This document shows, piece by piece, positions 11,043 through 22,397 of a stretch of DNA of 64,000 bases (the first letter of the stretch is position 1; each line of letters starts with the position of its first letter). The stretch lies in the NCBI GenBank assembly GCA_001662655.1, contig KV460233.1. The stretch is one strand, 5' to 3'. A program made the position numbers and the translations under genes. The notes under the pieces are model-generated. The model searched no databases. It saw only the letters and a list, made by a program, of their open reading frames with translations, and had not been told where the DNA came from. Source of the stretch: Pseudogymnoascus verrucosus. Lineage: Eukaryota.

Positions 11043-12779
11043 ATGGGCGAGAATATTGTTGTTGCGCCTTCTGGCATGGAAACCATCGGTCTTTCTACTA
11101 TCAATGTAATCTCTAATGAAGCCCCAGAGACCAGACGAGACTTACAAATAATTCGCAACGAGAAAAGCAGCACAAGTAGCGCCACTGCCGACGAGCCTGC
11201 CAAGCCCAACAATAGGCCGACCATCCCAGTGGCCGCTCATCATCCACCCAGCGCTACTGACGACACATATCACAACAATGATTCTGTGCTCACAACGGGG
11301 TCCATCGACATCCAGGAGCTCTCGGAGCGACCGGTAGCCTCATCTTCTCATCCAATATCGAGACAGATTACAAGCCGGTTGTTCATCTCTCACTTCTTGT
11401 CAACATGGAACTCGCGGCTGTTCGAGATGGGCGCTGTGCTCTTCATTGCCGCCATTTTCCCCGGGACGTTACTGCCAATGTCTGTGTATGCGCTTGTGCG
11501 TAGCGCAGCCGCTGTTATGCTATCGCCCGCCTTAGGATCTTGGATTGATAAAGGCGATAGACTGAAAGTTGTCAGAGTTTCCATTGTAGGCCAACGGCTG
11601 GCAGTTGGGGCATCGTGCTGTATATTCTGGATCTTATACGAGCGGAAAGAGCTTGGAACCAAGCTGAGGGTTGGCCTCTTTGTCGTGAATATACTACTGT
11701 CATGTATAGAGAAGTTGTGTTCAGTCCTGAATCTGGTATCTGTGGAAAGGGACTGGGTTGTGGTCATTTCACGAGACGACGATACAGCTCGGCGGATACT
11801 TAACGCTCGCATGCGCCGCATCGACCTGTTTTGCAAATTGTTTGGTCCACTCGCTATCTCGTTGATTGATGGAGCATCTACAATCGTCGCTATCTTTGTT
11901 ACTCTGGCGATGACTTGTACGTCAGTCCTTATCGAGTACTTTACGATTGCGGCGGTTTTCAGAATGGTCCCGGCTCTTCAACGAACGACGACTGAGAACA
12001 GCCTTACTGCTGCCGAAGACGACTCAGAGCGACTACCATCGGCGAATGAAACTAATCGAGTTTCACTGCGCGAGATTATCGACTTCGCACAGTCAGCCGC
12101 CTCTAATCTCCTTCCGCTCAACTCGATACCTTACTACTTCCAACACCCAGCATTTCTCCCTTCAATCTCCTTATCTCTGCTCTACTTTACAGTCCTCTCC
12201 TTCTCCGGCCAAATGATCACCTTTCTCCTCGCCATGGGCTATACGTCCTATGCCGTGGGTGCCGCCCGCGTGGTTAGCACCATTTTCGAACTCTCCGCAA
12301 CCTGGATCGCTCCCAAAGTACAACAACACATCGGCGCTGTGCGAGGCGGTATCTGGTTTTTGACATGGCAGATGATATGGCTTGCTGGGGGACTGTCCTG
12401 GTTCTTTGCTAGTGGTGAAAGCCTCACTGGGAATAAGCTCTTCGTAGCAAGCGGGCTCGTCGGCGCCGTCATATTGAGTCGTGTGGGTTTGTGGAGTTTT
12501 GATCTTTGCGCTCAGAGCATTATACAAGAGGAGGTGGATGAGCAGAGTCGGGGCGCTTTTTCCACCGTGGAAGCATCTTTCCAGAACCTTTTTGAGCTCC
12601 TTTCGTACGTAACAACGATCATCTTTTCCAAGGCAGACCAGTTTCAGTGGCCTGCCGTCATCAGCGTCATTGCGGTATACGTCGCTGGAGGAACATATAT
12701 GGTATTTGTGAGGAGAAGGCGCGGGCACTTAGTACATATGCCGAACTGTATTAAGCCGCGGCTGGAAGATAACTGCTAG
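11043..12779 (+). CDS. Ferroportin (SLC40/FPN1, iron-regulated transporter) family; intronless
   Basis: Motifs SHFLSTWNSRLFE, VSVERDWVVVI, NARMRRIDLFCKLFGP, LYFTVLSF and SRVGLWSFDL...QE; multiple TM helices. Confidence 0.93.
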   Translation: MGENIVVAPSGMETIGLSTINVISNEAPETRRDLQIIRNEKSSTSSATADEPAKPNNRPTIPVAAHHPPSATDDTYHNNDSVLTTGSIDIQELSERPVASSSHPISRQITSRLFISHFLSTWNSRLFEMGAVLFIAAIFPGTLLPMSVYALVRSAAAVMLSPALGSWIDKGDRLKVVRVSIVGQRLAVGASCCIFWILYERKELGTKLRVGLFVVNILLSCIEKLCSVLNLVSVERDWVVVISRDDDTARRILNARMRRIDLFCKLFGPLAISLIDGASTIVAIFVTLAMTCTSVLIEYFTIAAVFRMVPALQRTTTENSLTAAEDDSERLPSANETNRVSLREIIDFAQSAASNLLPLNSIPYYFQHPAFLPSISLSLLYFTVLSFSGQMITFLLAMGYTSYAVGAARVVSTIFELSATWIAPKVQQHIGAVRGGIWFLTWQMIWLAGGLSWFFASGESLTGNKLFVASGLVGAVILSRVGLWSFDLCAQSIIQEEVDEQSRGAFSTVEASFQNLFELLSYVTTIIFSKADQFQWPAVISVIAVYVAGGTYMVFVRRRRGHLVHMPNCIKPRLEDNC

Positions 12780-12817
12780 TAATGAGCGTTGCCATGATTC
12801 TACGGGATAACAGCGCA

Positions 12818-12990
12818 AGGACGAAGCATGAACCGGAGAGTCGCGTAGCTGCTGCTGTAGAGCCGTCTCGCTGCCGTACTGACGGTCTCAGAGTGGTACA
12901 GTCGATGGTATGCACGAGTGAGTCTTGTTTGTGCTGTAGGCTTTCGTCGCTATCGAAAGATCGATCGCAGAGAGCACAACGGAAGCTCAT
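12818..12990 (-). pseudogene. Relic of a tandem C2H2 zinc-finger gene
   Basis: MSFRCALCDRSFDSDESLQHKQDSLVH is followed, after a frameshift, by DRQYGSETALQQQLRDSPVHA. These are two degenerate copies of the fungal CDRxFxSxxALxQHxRDSPxH finger. Confidence 0.65.
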
Positions 12991-14016
12991 AGTGTCAAAG
13001 TGTTCATACTACTATTGTGAAGCTTGGCGTTGGTAGTGGTCCGTATGTAGAATTGTAAAAATAATAATTCAGGTATCAGCACGAGTAGGGCCAAATTGTT
13101 CAGAAGTGAATGCATATTCTATTAATCTAGCTACTGTAACTACTCTGCCCCTGAGCTAGTCTCCGAGAGGTGGTGCCCAGTATCACCTGGTCAGTCGGGC
13201 GATACTGGCCTTGGTACCGCCCGAGCCGCTCGGGCCGCCCAGTGCCAATTATGCGCCAACCAGCCCCTATCCCGGTCATGGAATGAAAATCCCACAACTA
13301 ATGTCCGTCCCTGAGTGGAGGAAAACCCACCGTGCAGGAAAATATGATAGGTACTTTGACTTTAAGCATCTCAAAATCTGTACAGTTATTAATATTCCCT
13401 ATATTTTTGCATAAATCGTATTCTACAGCTACTCTTTAACACCCTAGTCTGCTGCTCCTTCTGGAAATTTATATTTGCATTATCGCCCTCACGCCTAATT
13501 GGAGGGTCTGCTTTCATAGCGAAACAGACTTCCTCTACTACAGCTCTATCATGAAGCTCTTATTATTTCTAAAACATATAAATGGATTATAGCTAAGCTC
13601 TAAGGCCTTACTACAAAGCGGGAGATCGTCATTAGCTATGCAGCTGCTATAAAGCGCAAATTCATATATAGTTGCCACGCAAATTAATACCTTAGAGTCA
13701 AAAGCGACTAACGATTTTAGTTAGTGTGTAGTGACCCTAGGTCTTACGAAGTAAATCCGCTTATGTTAGCATATTTGGTAAGGCTACTGACTGTTGCTTG
13801 TTGCTGTGGCTTGTTGCTGACGAGGCTGACTTGTACTATGTGTAGCCTTAACAAGTCAGTGAGTAAACACGGTTAACTACTTCTGTAAATCGAGTTAGGA
13901 GTGCTCTTTAATAGAGGGAGCGCGAGCAGACTCTATAGCGATACAAATTGTTCTATGGACTGTAAAAAGATGCTCACACAGAGCGCTACAAAATGCAATC
14001 GCGATTTCCAGGTTCG

Positions 14017-15181
14017 TCAACGGGTTTTGCGGTGCTCGGGCATATGCGAAGTTTCTAGAGTTTTATTAGACAAATTGTACGAAAACGACAGAATGATTGT
14101 AATGAAAGCTTACCGTAATCAACGTGAACAAAAGCACGACTAACGCCTTCGACCGTCTCAAGCTTGTCTTGCAATTCTTGCGAGATGTCGTGGACCTCAC
14201 GAAGGCAGCGCTCAGGCGCCATGACAATATCTACCTCAACAACAAGGTCTTCACCCCAGTGATATGCGTGAATCGAGTCGACTTTCAAGATTAACTGAGA
14301 GTGGCGAATGGTAAGGAAGACAATCTCCTGTACGAAGCTAGGCGAAGCGCCAACTCCGCAAAGCTGTAGGAACTCTGAGTGGACGGTACCGACCCAGGTG
14401 ATAATGATGACAAATGCGATAAGCATGGCACCGGCTGGATCAACCCACCAATTCAATTTGGCGCCAACTGCGGATGTGAAAATGGCGAAGCCATATTCAA
14501 AACAGTCGTTGCGATTGTCCTCCCAGAGCATCTCCACTTGACTACTGTGTTTCCGGAAGATGAAGCAATAGATTGCCAAAAAGAGCTTGATGCCGAACCC
14601 GCACACAGCAGCGGCAATGGCTGCCACTGAAAACTTTCCGAGCTCATGATCGTTCCCGGCCAGCGCGCGGATACTCTCGACGGTAAGAACCAATGATACG
14701 GCCATTAGGGCAAATGCGAAGCAGATGTTGCCAGCATTGCCCAACCTTCCTGCGCCTGCTGGCCATCGGGGCGAACCGCTAAGCTTCTTGGATTTCCTGT
14801 GGAGGTAATTCAGGCCGATGTTGCTCACGGCCTCACAACAACTCTCTGCCATGGTAACGAAGAGTGACAATGAAAGGGTTGTCACAGCCGCATAGATCTG
14901 TAGCGCTGCAACGAGGATCGTGCCATAAATAGAAAGGTAAATTGCGGCCCTGACGTGAAACGCCGATGTATCCTGTCGGTCGCCTAACAGTCGCGATGCA
15001 GCTGGATCCTCTGCTACTCGGACGAGACGATTGATATGCTTGTCTTGTATCGTGTGATAATAATGTGCACGGCGAGTTTTCGATGAACCAATTTAGTCCA
15101 CATCGACATGCTCGGTGGGCTGACGATGGAGCGGCGTAGCTGCTCAAGCTCGACATCGTTTGCCATAACGTTTGCCTCCAT
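14017..15181 (-). CDS. Cation diffusion facilitator (Mn-CDF/MTP-like) metal transporter; apparent frameshift near 15060-15092; last intron ~14055-14112
   Basis: LQIYAAVTTLSLSLFVTMA, RWPAG, WEDNRND, WWVDPAGA, VEVDIVM..HDISQELQDKLE and RAFVHVDY|ETSHMPEH. The N-terminal segment is in a different frame. Confidence 0.85.
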
Positions 15182-15639
15182 GGTCTCAAATGGATCGGTG
15201 AAGAAAGAAGCTATGATATGGACATCAGGGAGAACCAAAGTTAAAGGGTTGAAATAATGAGAAGCTAAGTCACAAACACGGACAGTCAACCTGCTTGTGC
15301 GTAAATGGAGCACCTGTAAGAAGGTAGACGAGAAACAATCTGCAATGAACTGAAAAGCGTTGCGCGGCTTTTTAGCTTAGTCATACATACATCGATCAGC
15401 AGGAGAGGTTATAGCTCAGCCTTAATGCGCCACAATCCCGCCAATCGACTAATACATGAGCGAAATTAGAATATAACCTCCACCACCCCGGAATCACGAT
15501 GAGCGATTTTTCGCTGGCCTCAGGCCCCAACCACCCCTGCACCCACCCTTCCGAATTAGGCCATATCTGCCACGGTCGTAACGTTAGTGCTAACTCAACT
15601 GTGGCGTTAGCGATTCTGCTTAGTAGCAGCGACTGTAGA

Positions 15640-15910
15640 CGGCTTAACCTTTGTAAAAAGCTATAAATAGGCTCTTATATGCTTTATTATTATACCTTAT
15701 CTACATAGTAATATAAAATAAGTACTAGAGTAGACAGTAGAAGCCTACTTTCTAATTTTTAGTAATCTATTACTATAGGCTTTACTATAGCAAGCTAGAG
15801 TTAGAGTGTTTCAAAAGCTTATTGCTAAGTGATATGCTTAAACCCCTTAAGCCGCCTATAGCAAACTCTCCCTATAAAGGCCTGTTAACGAGTAAGGGAC
15901 TATACGTAGA
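15640..15910. other. AT-rich, TpA-rich tract resembling RIP-mutated sequence
   Basis: Very dense TA/TAG/CTA and few CA/TG by eye; a similar tract lies at ~13540-13790. Confidence 0.55.
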
Positions 15911-15939
15911 AGGCTACTACGCTATGACAGAAAAGGTAT

Positions 15940-16905
15940 ACCTTTGGCTTCGGTAAGCACCCGCAATATGACATCTTACTTCCTTTGTGTGCAGAAGACT
16001 TACATTGGAATCTACAGGCGCTATTAACTTCGGTTTTTGCATTCCTGCAATCCGCAACATTGATACCCTCGGCCGCCGCACTTTACTCCTCATCACGTTG
16101 CCGTTCATGAGCATCTTTCTCCTTGGGGCAGCTTTTAGTTTCTACACCCCCGAGTCTCCGGCAGGCTATGGACTCTTTCTTTTCATGTTTGTCATACCCC
16201 ATTTGAATCGTAAAGTCACCTTAGTGTGCTAGCACTCCCTGAATTAGAATTAATCGTGTCATTCAACAGGTTTCCACTATCTCACCGTGAAGTGGGTGTT
16301 GCTGTCAGCGTTGGACTCAACCTCTTCTTTGCCGCATTGTTATCTCTATTTTACCTACCGCAGGCCCGTAATTTATTTCTCTCGATTTCCCCCCTTTTGT
16401 GCTATAGGACAGCCACTGACGTAAATTTAATAGAATCAACAACCACCTCCATGACACAGGCTCGCCCTGCCTTTTTGCGGGCCTTAATCTCGTCGCCGCA
16501 GCACTCATATTTCTTTTCCTCCCTGAAACAAAACAGCGCTCCCTCGAAGAGCTTGATCTCGTCTTTGCTGTTCCTCTCAGAACATTTATGAGCCATCAGC
16601 TCTTTACGATTTTTCCGTACTGTGTGAATCGTTATATTTTGAGAAAAGAAGTTATATTAGACGATTTATATCAGGACAAGTTATGGGATCATGGGGCTGA
16701 GATTGGGCTACAAATAATTTCGAGGGCTAGTGAGGATAAGGGTTGGGATCCTACCTGCCGTACCAGGACAACAGAACAAGACAGTATCGCGCTTGCGCCA
16801 GATCAAACGAACGATGGAGTAGTTGGGGGTAGGAAAGGCAGTCGCAATATCTCACAAGGACATGACGCGCGCTCAATATCAAGCTCAGTTGGAACTTTTG
16901 ATTGA
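15940..16905 (+). pseudogene. 5'-truncated sugar/polyol (MFS sugar porter) transporter relic
   Basis: Only C-terminal-half motifs remain: IDTLGRRTLLL, FPLSHREVG and FLPETKQRSLEELD.VF. They are spread over several frames and no N-terminal half is visible upstream. Confidence 0.75.
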
Positions 16906-17573
16906 TCGAAGTAAATATAGACGATGAAAGCGACAACAGAGGGGAAGCTCCAAGTCAAGAACGAAGAAAACCTTATTTCGACAAAGAATATATATTTCTC
17001 TACTAATGCTTACTTAACCAAAGGCCATTTCCTTCATGAAAGGTGAAAGGCTATGAGCTCCGATGGCGTCGCGTCTTTGTTTTAATCAACTCTTAGGCCG
17101 ATTGTTTTACTGACCCTGTTTCCGACATTGTTGACGTTACAGAAGCTGCATGTAGCAGAGTTAACAATGGCGGGAACAAGGCAAGCATGTTACAGCAACT
17201 TAAACATCAACAATGCCTGCTTTTCATCCTGTTTGTGATTGTGTCTTCATATTCAATAGGCATTGTACACCTTCAAAGGATATTAAACATCGGTCAACGT
17301 GTATCGTATTTTCACCATCCAAAATTATCATATCCCCTTCAATCTTCAATGGACGTTACATACCATTCAATGGATATCATACATCGTTCAAACTGCATTA
17401 TATTTTATTTTATCAGTATAAATAATCCCCAAATTTCCCTCTCTTCTCATCATTCCACATCAACTCACAAGCTCAATACCTTCACTTAACTGGTTTAAGT
17501 GAGCTGTACACATCTACCAAAGCAAATCAACACACGGTAAGTTCAACGCTTGTCAGACCAAATAAACTTCACC

Positions 17574-18827
17574 ATGAGCTCCATAAGCTTTCTCCTGACC
17601 TTCCTGCCTGTCTGGACATGGCATCAGTGGTTCCTAGCTCTTCATACCCCCTATCGCTATGGCAGACTCATCGGCAATCTCATAGGTAAGTATCTCTATC
17701 GCCCCTATCCAGTCCTTCGCGGTCCCAAATACAGCGGTAAGGACGTCACAGTTCTTATCCCCACCATAACTGATGACATGGAAGAGCTCCGGCCGCACTT
17801 CCTGAGCATCCTCGCCACGCCCATCCACCAGCTTATTCTCGTCACCACAGACAACCGCAAGGCCAAACTACTCGCCTTCACCGAAGATCTCGCTGACCCG
17901 CGCATCCAAGTTTATAGCGTCCCGATCGCTAACAAGCGCACTCAGCTGGCGGCCGTGATCCCCACCGTGCAAACCTCCATCTGCATTCTCGTCGACGACG
18001 ACGTCACTTGGACCCGCACAATCCTCCCTTGGCTCCTCGCCCCCTTCGAGCATCCTCGCAATGGCTCGGTCGGCGTCGGCATGGCCGCCATCCGTATACG
18101 CTCCGGCTCGCTTTTCACACGTTGCATCAACTTTCTTGGTGCCGTCTACCTCGAGCGTCGCAACTTTGAGGGGGCCGCCACGCTAACTCTCGATGGCGGC
18201 ATCTCGTGTATGTCCGGTCGCACTAACGCTCTCCGCACGTGCATCCTTCAAGATGAGGCTTTTCTCGACGCTTTCTGCAACGAGAAGTTTAATGGGGTTC
18301 CGCTTGCGACGGGAGATGACAAGATGATAACACGCTGGCTTGTCCAAAAAGGATGGGGAATGTATGTGCAGTACCATCCCAAGGCACAGCTTCTCACTAC
18401 CTTAGAGAGCGGGTTCAAATTCCTGTATCAGTGCCAGCGATGGGCGGGCAGTAGCTGGCGCGGAAACTACAAGACCCTCTTCGTTGAGTCGAACCCGTGG
18501 GCTGTGTGCAAGAAGCAGCCCTGGACATTCTATGCCAAGTACATTGCTGTGTTTACTTCGATGGGGCTAATCACTGATCCTTTGACCTGGTACTGCTATT
18601 ATCAGATTCGTTCACTCTTGGATCCAACTTCTATTTGGGCAGGTAACTCTGGGTGGGTCCTAATGTTCCTTCTATATCTCTTTACCAAGACCATTAAGCT
18701 CGAGGGCCTCTTCCGCGCACACCCCAAAGATCTGGGATTCCTGCCAGCCAGTATCCTATTTGGGCTCTTCCATGGATTCATCAAGATGAAAGCCTTCTGC
18801 AAAGACAAAGGCTGGCTCAGCCGGTAA
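17574..18827 (+). CDS. Processive glycosyltransferase family 2, Cps1/hyaluronan-synthase-like polysaccharide synthase; intronless
   Basis: VTVLIPT, ANKRTQL, VDDDV (DxD), CMSGRT, GDDK and QCQRW (QxxRW); N- and C-terminal TM helices. Confidence 0.9.
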   Translation: MSSISFLLTFLPVWTWHQWFLALHTPYRYGRLIGNLIGKYLYRPYPVLRGPKYSGKDVTVLIPTITDDMEELRPHFLSILATPIHQLILVTTDNRKAKLLAFTEDLADPRIQVYSVPIANKRTQLAAVIPTVQTSICILVDDDVTWTRTILPWLLAPFEHPRNGSVGVGMAAIRIRSGSLFTRCINFLGAVYLERRNFEGAATLTLDGGISCMSGRTNALRTCILQDEAFLDAFCNEKFNGVPLATGDDKMITRWLVQKGWGMYVQYHPKAQLLTTLESGFKFLYQCQRWAGSSWRGNYKTLFVESNPWAVCKKQPWTFYAKYIAVFTSMGLITDPLTWYCYYQIRSLLDPTSIWAGNSGWVLMFLLYLFTKTIKLEGLFRAHPKDLGFLPASILFGLFHGFIKMKAFCKDKGWLSR

Positions 18828-19979
18828 ATTTTGACCCGAGTGCTCGGTACGGTATTGGTAATTTCGGAGACGGTCTAGATGTACGATACTAGAAGTAAGT
18901 AGTTATTAACATGTCAATTGCATTTACATAATACCGTGCTGTTCCTGTGACCAGATATGTTTTGCCGATGAAGGCTGTGATAATTCTTCTGCCCAAAACG
19001 ACACCGAACGTCATAAAAGCGGCGATCATCTGGGTCAAGAATAAGACAATGTACCAGTTTTATGGATGAAATCTAGTAGATCTTTGACGTGTGTGTGAAT
19101 CTCTAAGACTACCCAGCCTCCATCAGTGCGGTTATTCTTCGGTGACGATAAACGTCTTACTGTTGGGTCGAAGTAGCCGTTGGAGCTTATCCGCTATTAA
19201 CTACTGCATAGTGCACTTCTTAGCTCTTGAACATCAGTTATTAATAGGAGGCCCGTGAGAGTGCAGTCTTCGTTGTTGACGCTGGCAATTCGTTCGAAGA
19301 GACAATTAAAAACATCAAAGGCTATCGTGAAGGAGCTCGCTAAATAACGACACCAGTCTCTTTCAAGGCTTCAAGCGTGTCGTCTTCTTTCAATACATTG
19401 GTGTTGAATAAGGCGCAGGGGATACCCTGCCACAGAAATTTAGCTTTAAAGTACCACCCTGCTCGCCCCACCTGTGGACCTTTAATTGATTGCGCATCCT
19501 TTGGACTCTCAATTCTTCATCCTTCGATCCCTCGAACGTTGATCATACTGTAAATGATGGAGGGAGCGTTTGCGAAATTTAATGCCAGGCCGGTTGAAAT
19601 CTACTGGAGCGGGGACGCCGACTTTGCTACGATTAGCACCGGTCATGTCACCTGCAAGAATTAAATTAGGAAGAAAGGGGCGGCGGTGCCGCTCACGCAA
19701 TACTCGTACTAGACGACGATGCTTTATGGGCTGTGGAAGCGGTGGCAGAAGTTGGGAGAAGAATGAGGCAATTGTGGTGACATTACAAAGCCTTGGGAGT
19801 GAAGAATGTTATTATTAGGGGGCATATTTATTATTTTATAGATGACTAGTAATAAAGGCCGGTTTTAACTTAGGATATACTGTATGGGAGTGGCAGTTCT
19901 TTCGAGTGGGTGACTACAGTCGTGTGTTTTGAGCTCTTTGCGACATGAAGGTTGTTGCTGTGTGTAATAACTCATATAT

Positions 19980-20250
19980 TGCGCGACGGAAGTAACTTCA
20001 ATACATCAAAAACTATTAACTCATAGCATTCTCCAGTTTCTTTGAGAGTTAGCATATTAGGATTAATTAATAGCATCATTGTGAAGAAGTTCGTGAGATT
20101 TTTCGTAGACAGAAAAGTGTCTGGGCAACAACGGATTCTGCTGCTTCTGCCCACCATGCTCCTTCTATACGAGAGGAGCATACGCCATGGAAATAAAAGA
20201 CAACAGGCCCACCAGGGTCTCCATAACGTGCGAGGCCATTTGTGCTTTGA
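19980..20250 (-). pseudogene. Alpha/beta-hydrolase N-terminal relic
   Basis: GLARYGDPGGPVVFYFHGVCSSRIEG matches the YGDP.G.P..YFHG.PSSR.E start of fungal alpha/beta hydrolases; no intact continuation. Confidence 0.6.
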
Positions 20251-20924
20251 CGCCAAAGTGTGATAGTTTTATTTTCTCGAGGGCATAACATTTTAAACAC
20301 GTGGGCAATCTCGCTCGCTCCTTAGTCACACAGTATGACTGGGTAGAGTATGAAAGATTCGTAGCAACATTAACAGCACAATATGTTTGTTGATTGATTT
20401 ATACGGAGAGAGGTATTCTATCCCATAGACCTGCATAAAGTACACCGAACCCCAAATAGGCTCGCCGAGCCCCAGATTGTTAGACTAGAAAGTATGCGAA
20501 TTATAAAAGCTTAATATTCGTCAGTCACTGAATCTGTCACCGTGACCATCTACATGGATCACCTATGGCCATCCAAAGTCGTGATGCATCGCGTCCAATG
20601 CATCTCTATATGAGACCCACATTTTGCGTTGTCGAGGGTCATCACATTTCGGATGTTGCTGTTGGCCGCACGCTTTAAGAGGGCCTGCACTTGTTAGCGC
20701 TGTTGGTTCATGTATCATGGATGTTGGTTTCTGCCTGGAACTTGAGGGACAGTAGTTCGTGGTGGTGTGACAAGCGTAGGAAAATATAAAGATAGGCACA
20801 GTGGCGCATTATTCTTGGAATATTACGATTTAAATATCAGAAATATATAAATTGTCACAACAACATCTTCACAGTTCTACTGCGCGCGCTGTCTCTTTAG
20901 TTTCTGACTTGGTAATACTCAGCC

Positions 20925-22397
20925 ATGAGTTTCAGAGATGACTGGCCGCAGATGCCAGATGGTAGCGACTTTGATGGCAAACAGTTGCTCACCCTGGTCC
21001 GTAGTGGCAACAGCCCGTTCCATGGTGTTTGGGATGTGAATCTTCTCATACAAGAGATTGAAGAGAACCTCAACACCCGGGTGGTTGATATCCCAGAGTT
21101 ATACAATGGATCTAATAACTACGTGAGTACACGTATCTAACCTTCAAACAAAATAAAATTTGAACCAAGTGACACACAGGGATTCCATTTCAAGTTATCG
21201 AATCGGCCATATGTAATTGCTCGATTAGCCCGCGGCGATGTCAATATGCCCGACTTTGACGGATTTCCAATCCATAAGCAAATTCCCGAAGCAAAGTTTG
21301 AGGTGGCAGCTTATGAGCTCTTGCGATCTGAGCCCCAAATTTTGGCATCCCACCTACTTTACCACCGAATCCCCGTTCAGCATGCTAGTCCTAGAATTAG
21401 TACCCCTCATGATATACTCGGCCGCCGTTTATTCGTGTTTGAAAGAACAGAGGGAGAGAACAACGTATTTAAAGGACTCAGCCCCAAAGAAAAGGTGCCT
21501 GTTAAATCTCCATTATGTACTTCATTGACCCTTTTAAATTGTCGCTTCTAATCTTCTCCAAGGTCCAACTTCTTACTCAGTCAGCACGGATCCGTGCGTC
21601 ACTTTTCAATTTCAACCTCCCCCTCAACTTTGCTGCCGATTGGTTCCTGATATGCCTCTTTGAACACAAGCCCGGATCGTTGCCTATTCCTGTCGCCCCA
21701 CACGGGAGTTCTGTGTTGCCCTTTTTATGTCCAAGATCGAGGCGACAATTGGGAAGATAGATGACATGATTGGGTGGGAATCGGACGACGTAACCGTGGG
21801 CCCTATAGCTGCTACAGCCAAGCAGTCACTTTTGCGTCTAATTCCACATATATTACCAGAAGAAGATAACGGGTCGGGTGATAGGCCTTCTCTCTATCGT
21901 CTTGTTTTAGAACATGGCGATTTCGGTATTCACAACATGTCTATTGTGGTAGAAGCAAACGATCGACCTCTCGTGACGTCCTTATATGACTGGGAGACTG
22001 GATGTATAGTGCCGGCAATTTTGTCAGATCCGTCGATGGCAGTCAGTCCGGTAGACCTAGTTATCGAGGAAAATGCCGCCCCTTCGTTTGATAACGAGCC
22101 TGACGATACAACAGTGGAGGAGGGCCTGAAGTATACAGCATGGGCGACGGAATATGCTAAGGTACCCACTCTTAGCCGCTCAATGGATATTTTGGCACAT
22201 TTGCAAAAAGCTAATGATTCTCCCCGTAGGTTCTCTTCGAGCGCGCGCCGGACTATGAGTGTGCAATCAAAGCAGGGAAAGATGCACGACACCTTTGGTT
22301 TGCATTGCGGGATTGGCGAGGTCAGGACCCGGAAGGATATTTCGGCCGCTTGGGGGATTGGGCAGAGGCCCGGGCTAAAGACCTAAGAGTTGACTGA
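20925..22397 (+). pseudogene. Aminoglycoside-phosphotransferase/kinase-like protein, 4 exons, with a 1-bp frameshift at ~21695-21699
   Basis: Motifs GSNNY|GFHF, ARLARGDVN, LEHGDFGIHN and SLYDWETG; final exon VLFERAPDY...LRVD*. The frame break lies in gtcgcccca. Confidence 0.75.

Noticed and set aside
20563..20700. Possible gene tail ending ...HHDFGWP*
   Set aside because: Too short to assign; may be another relic but cannot be supported.
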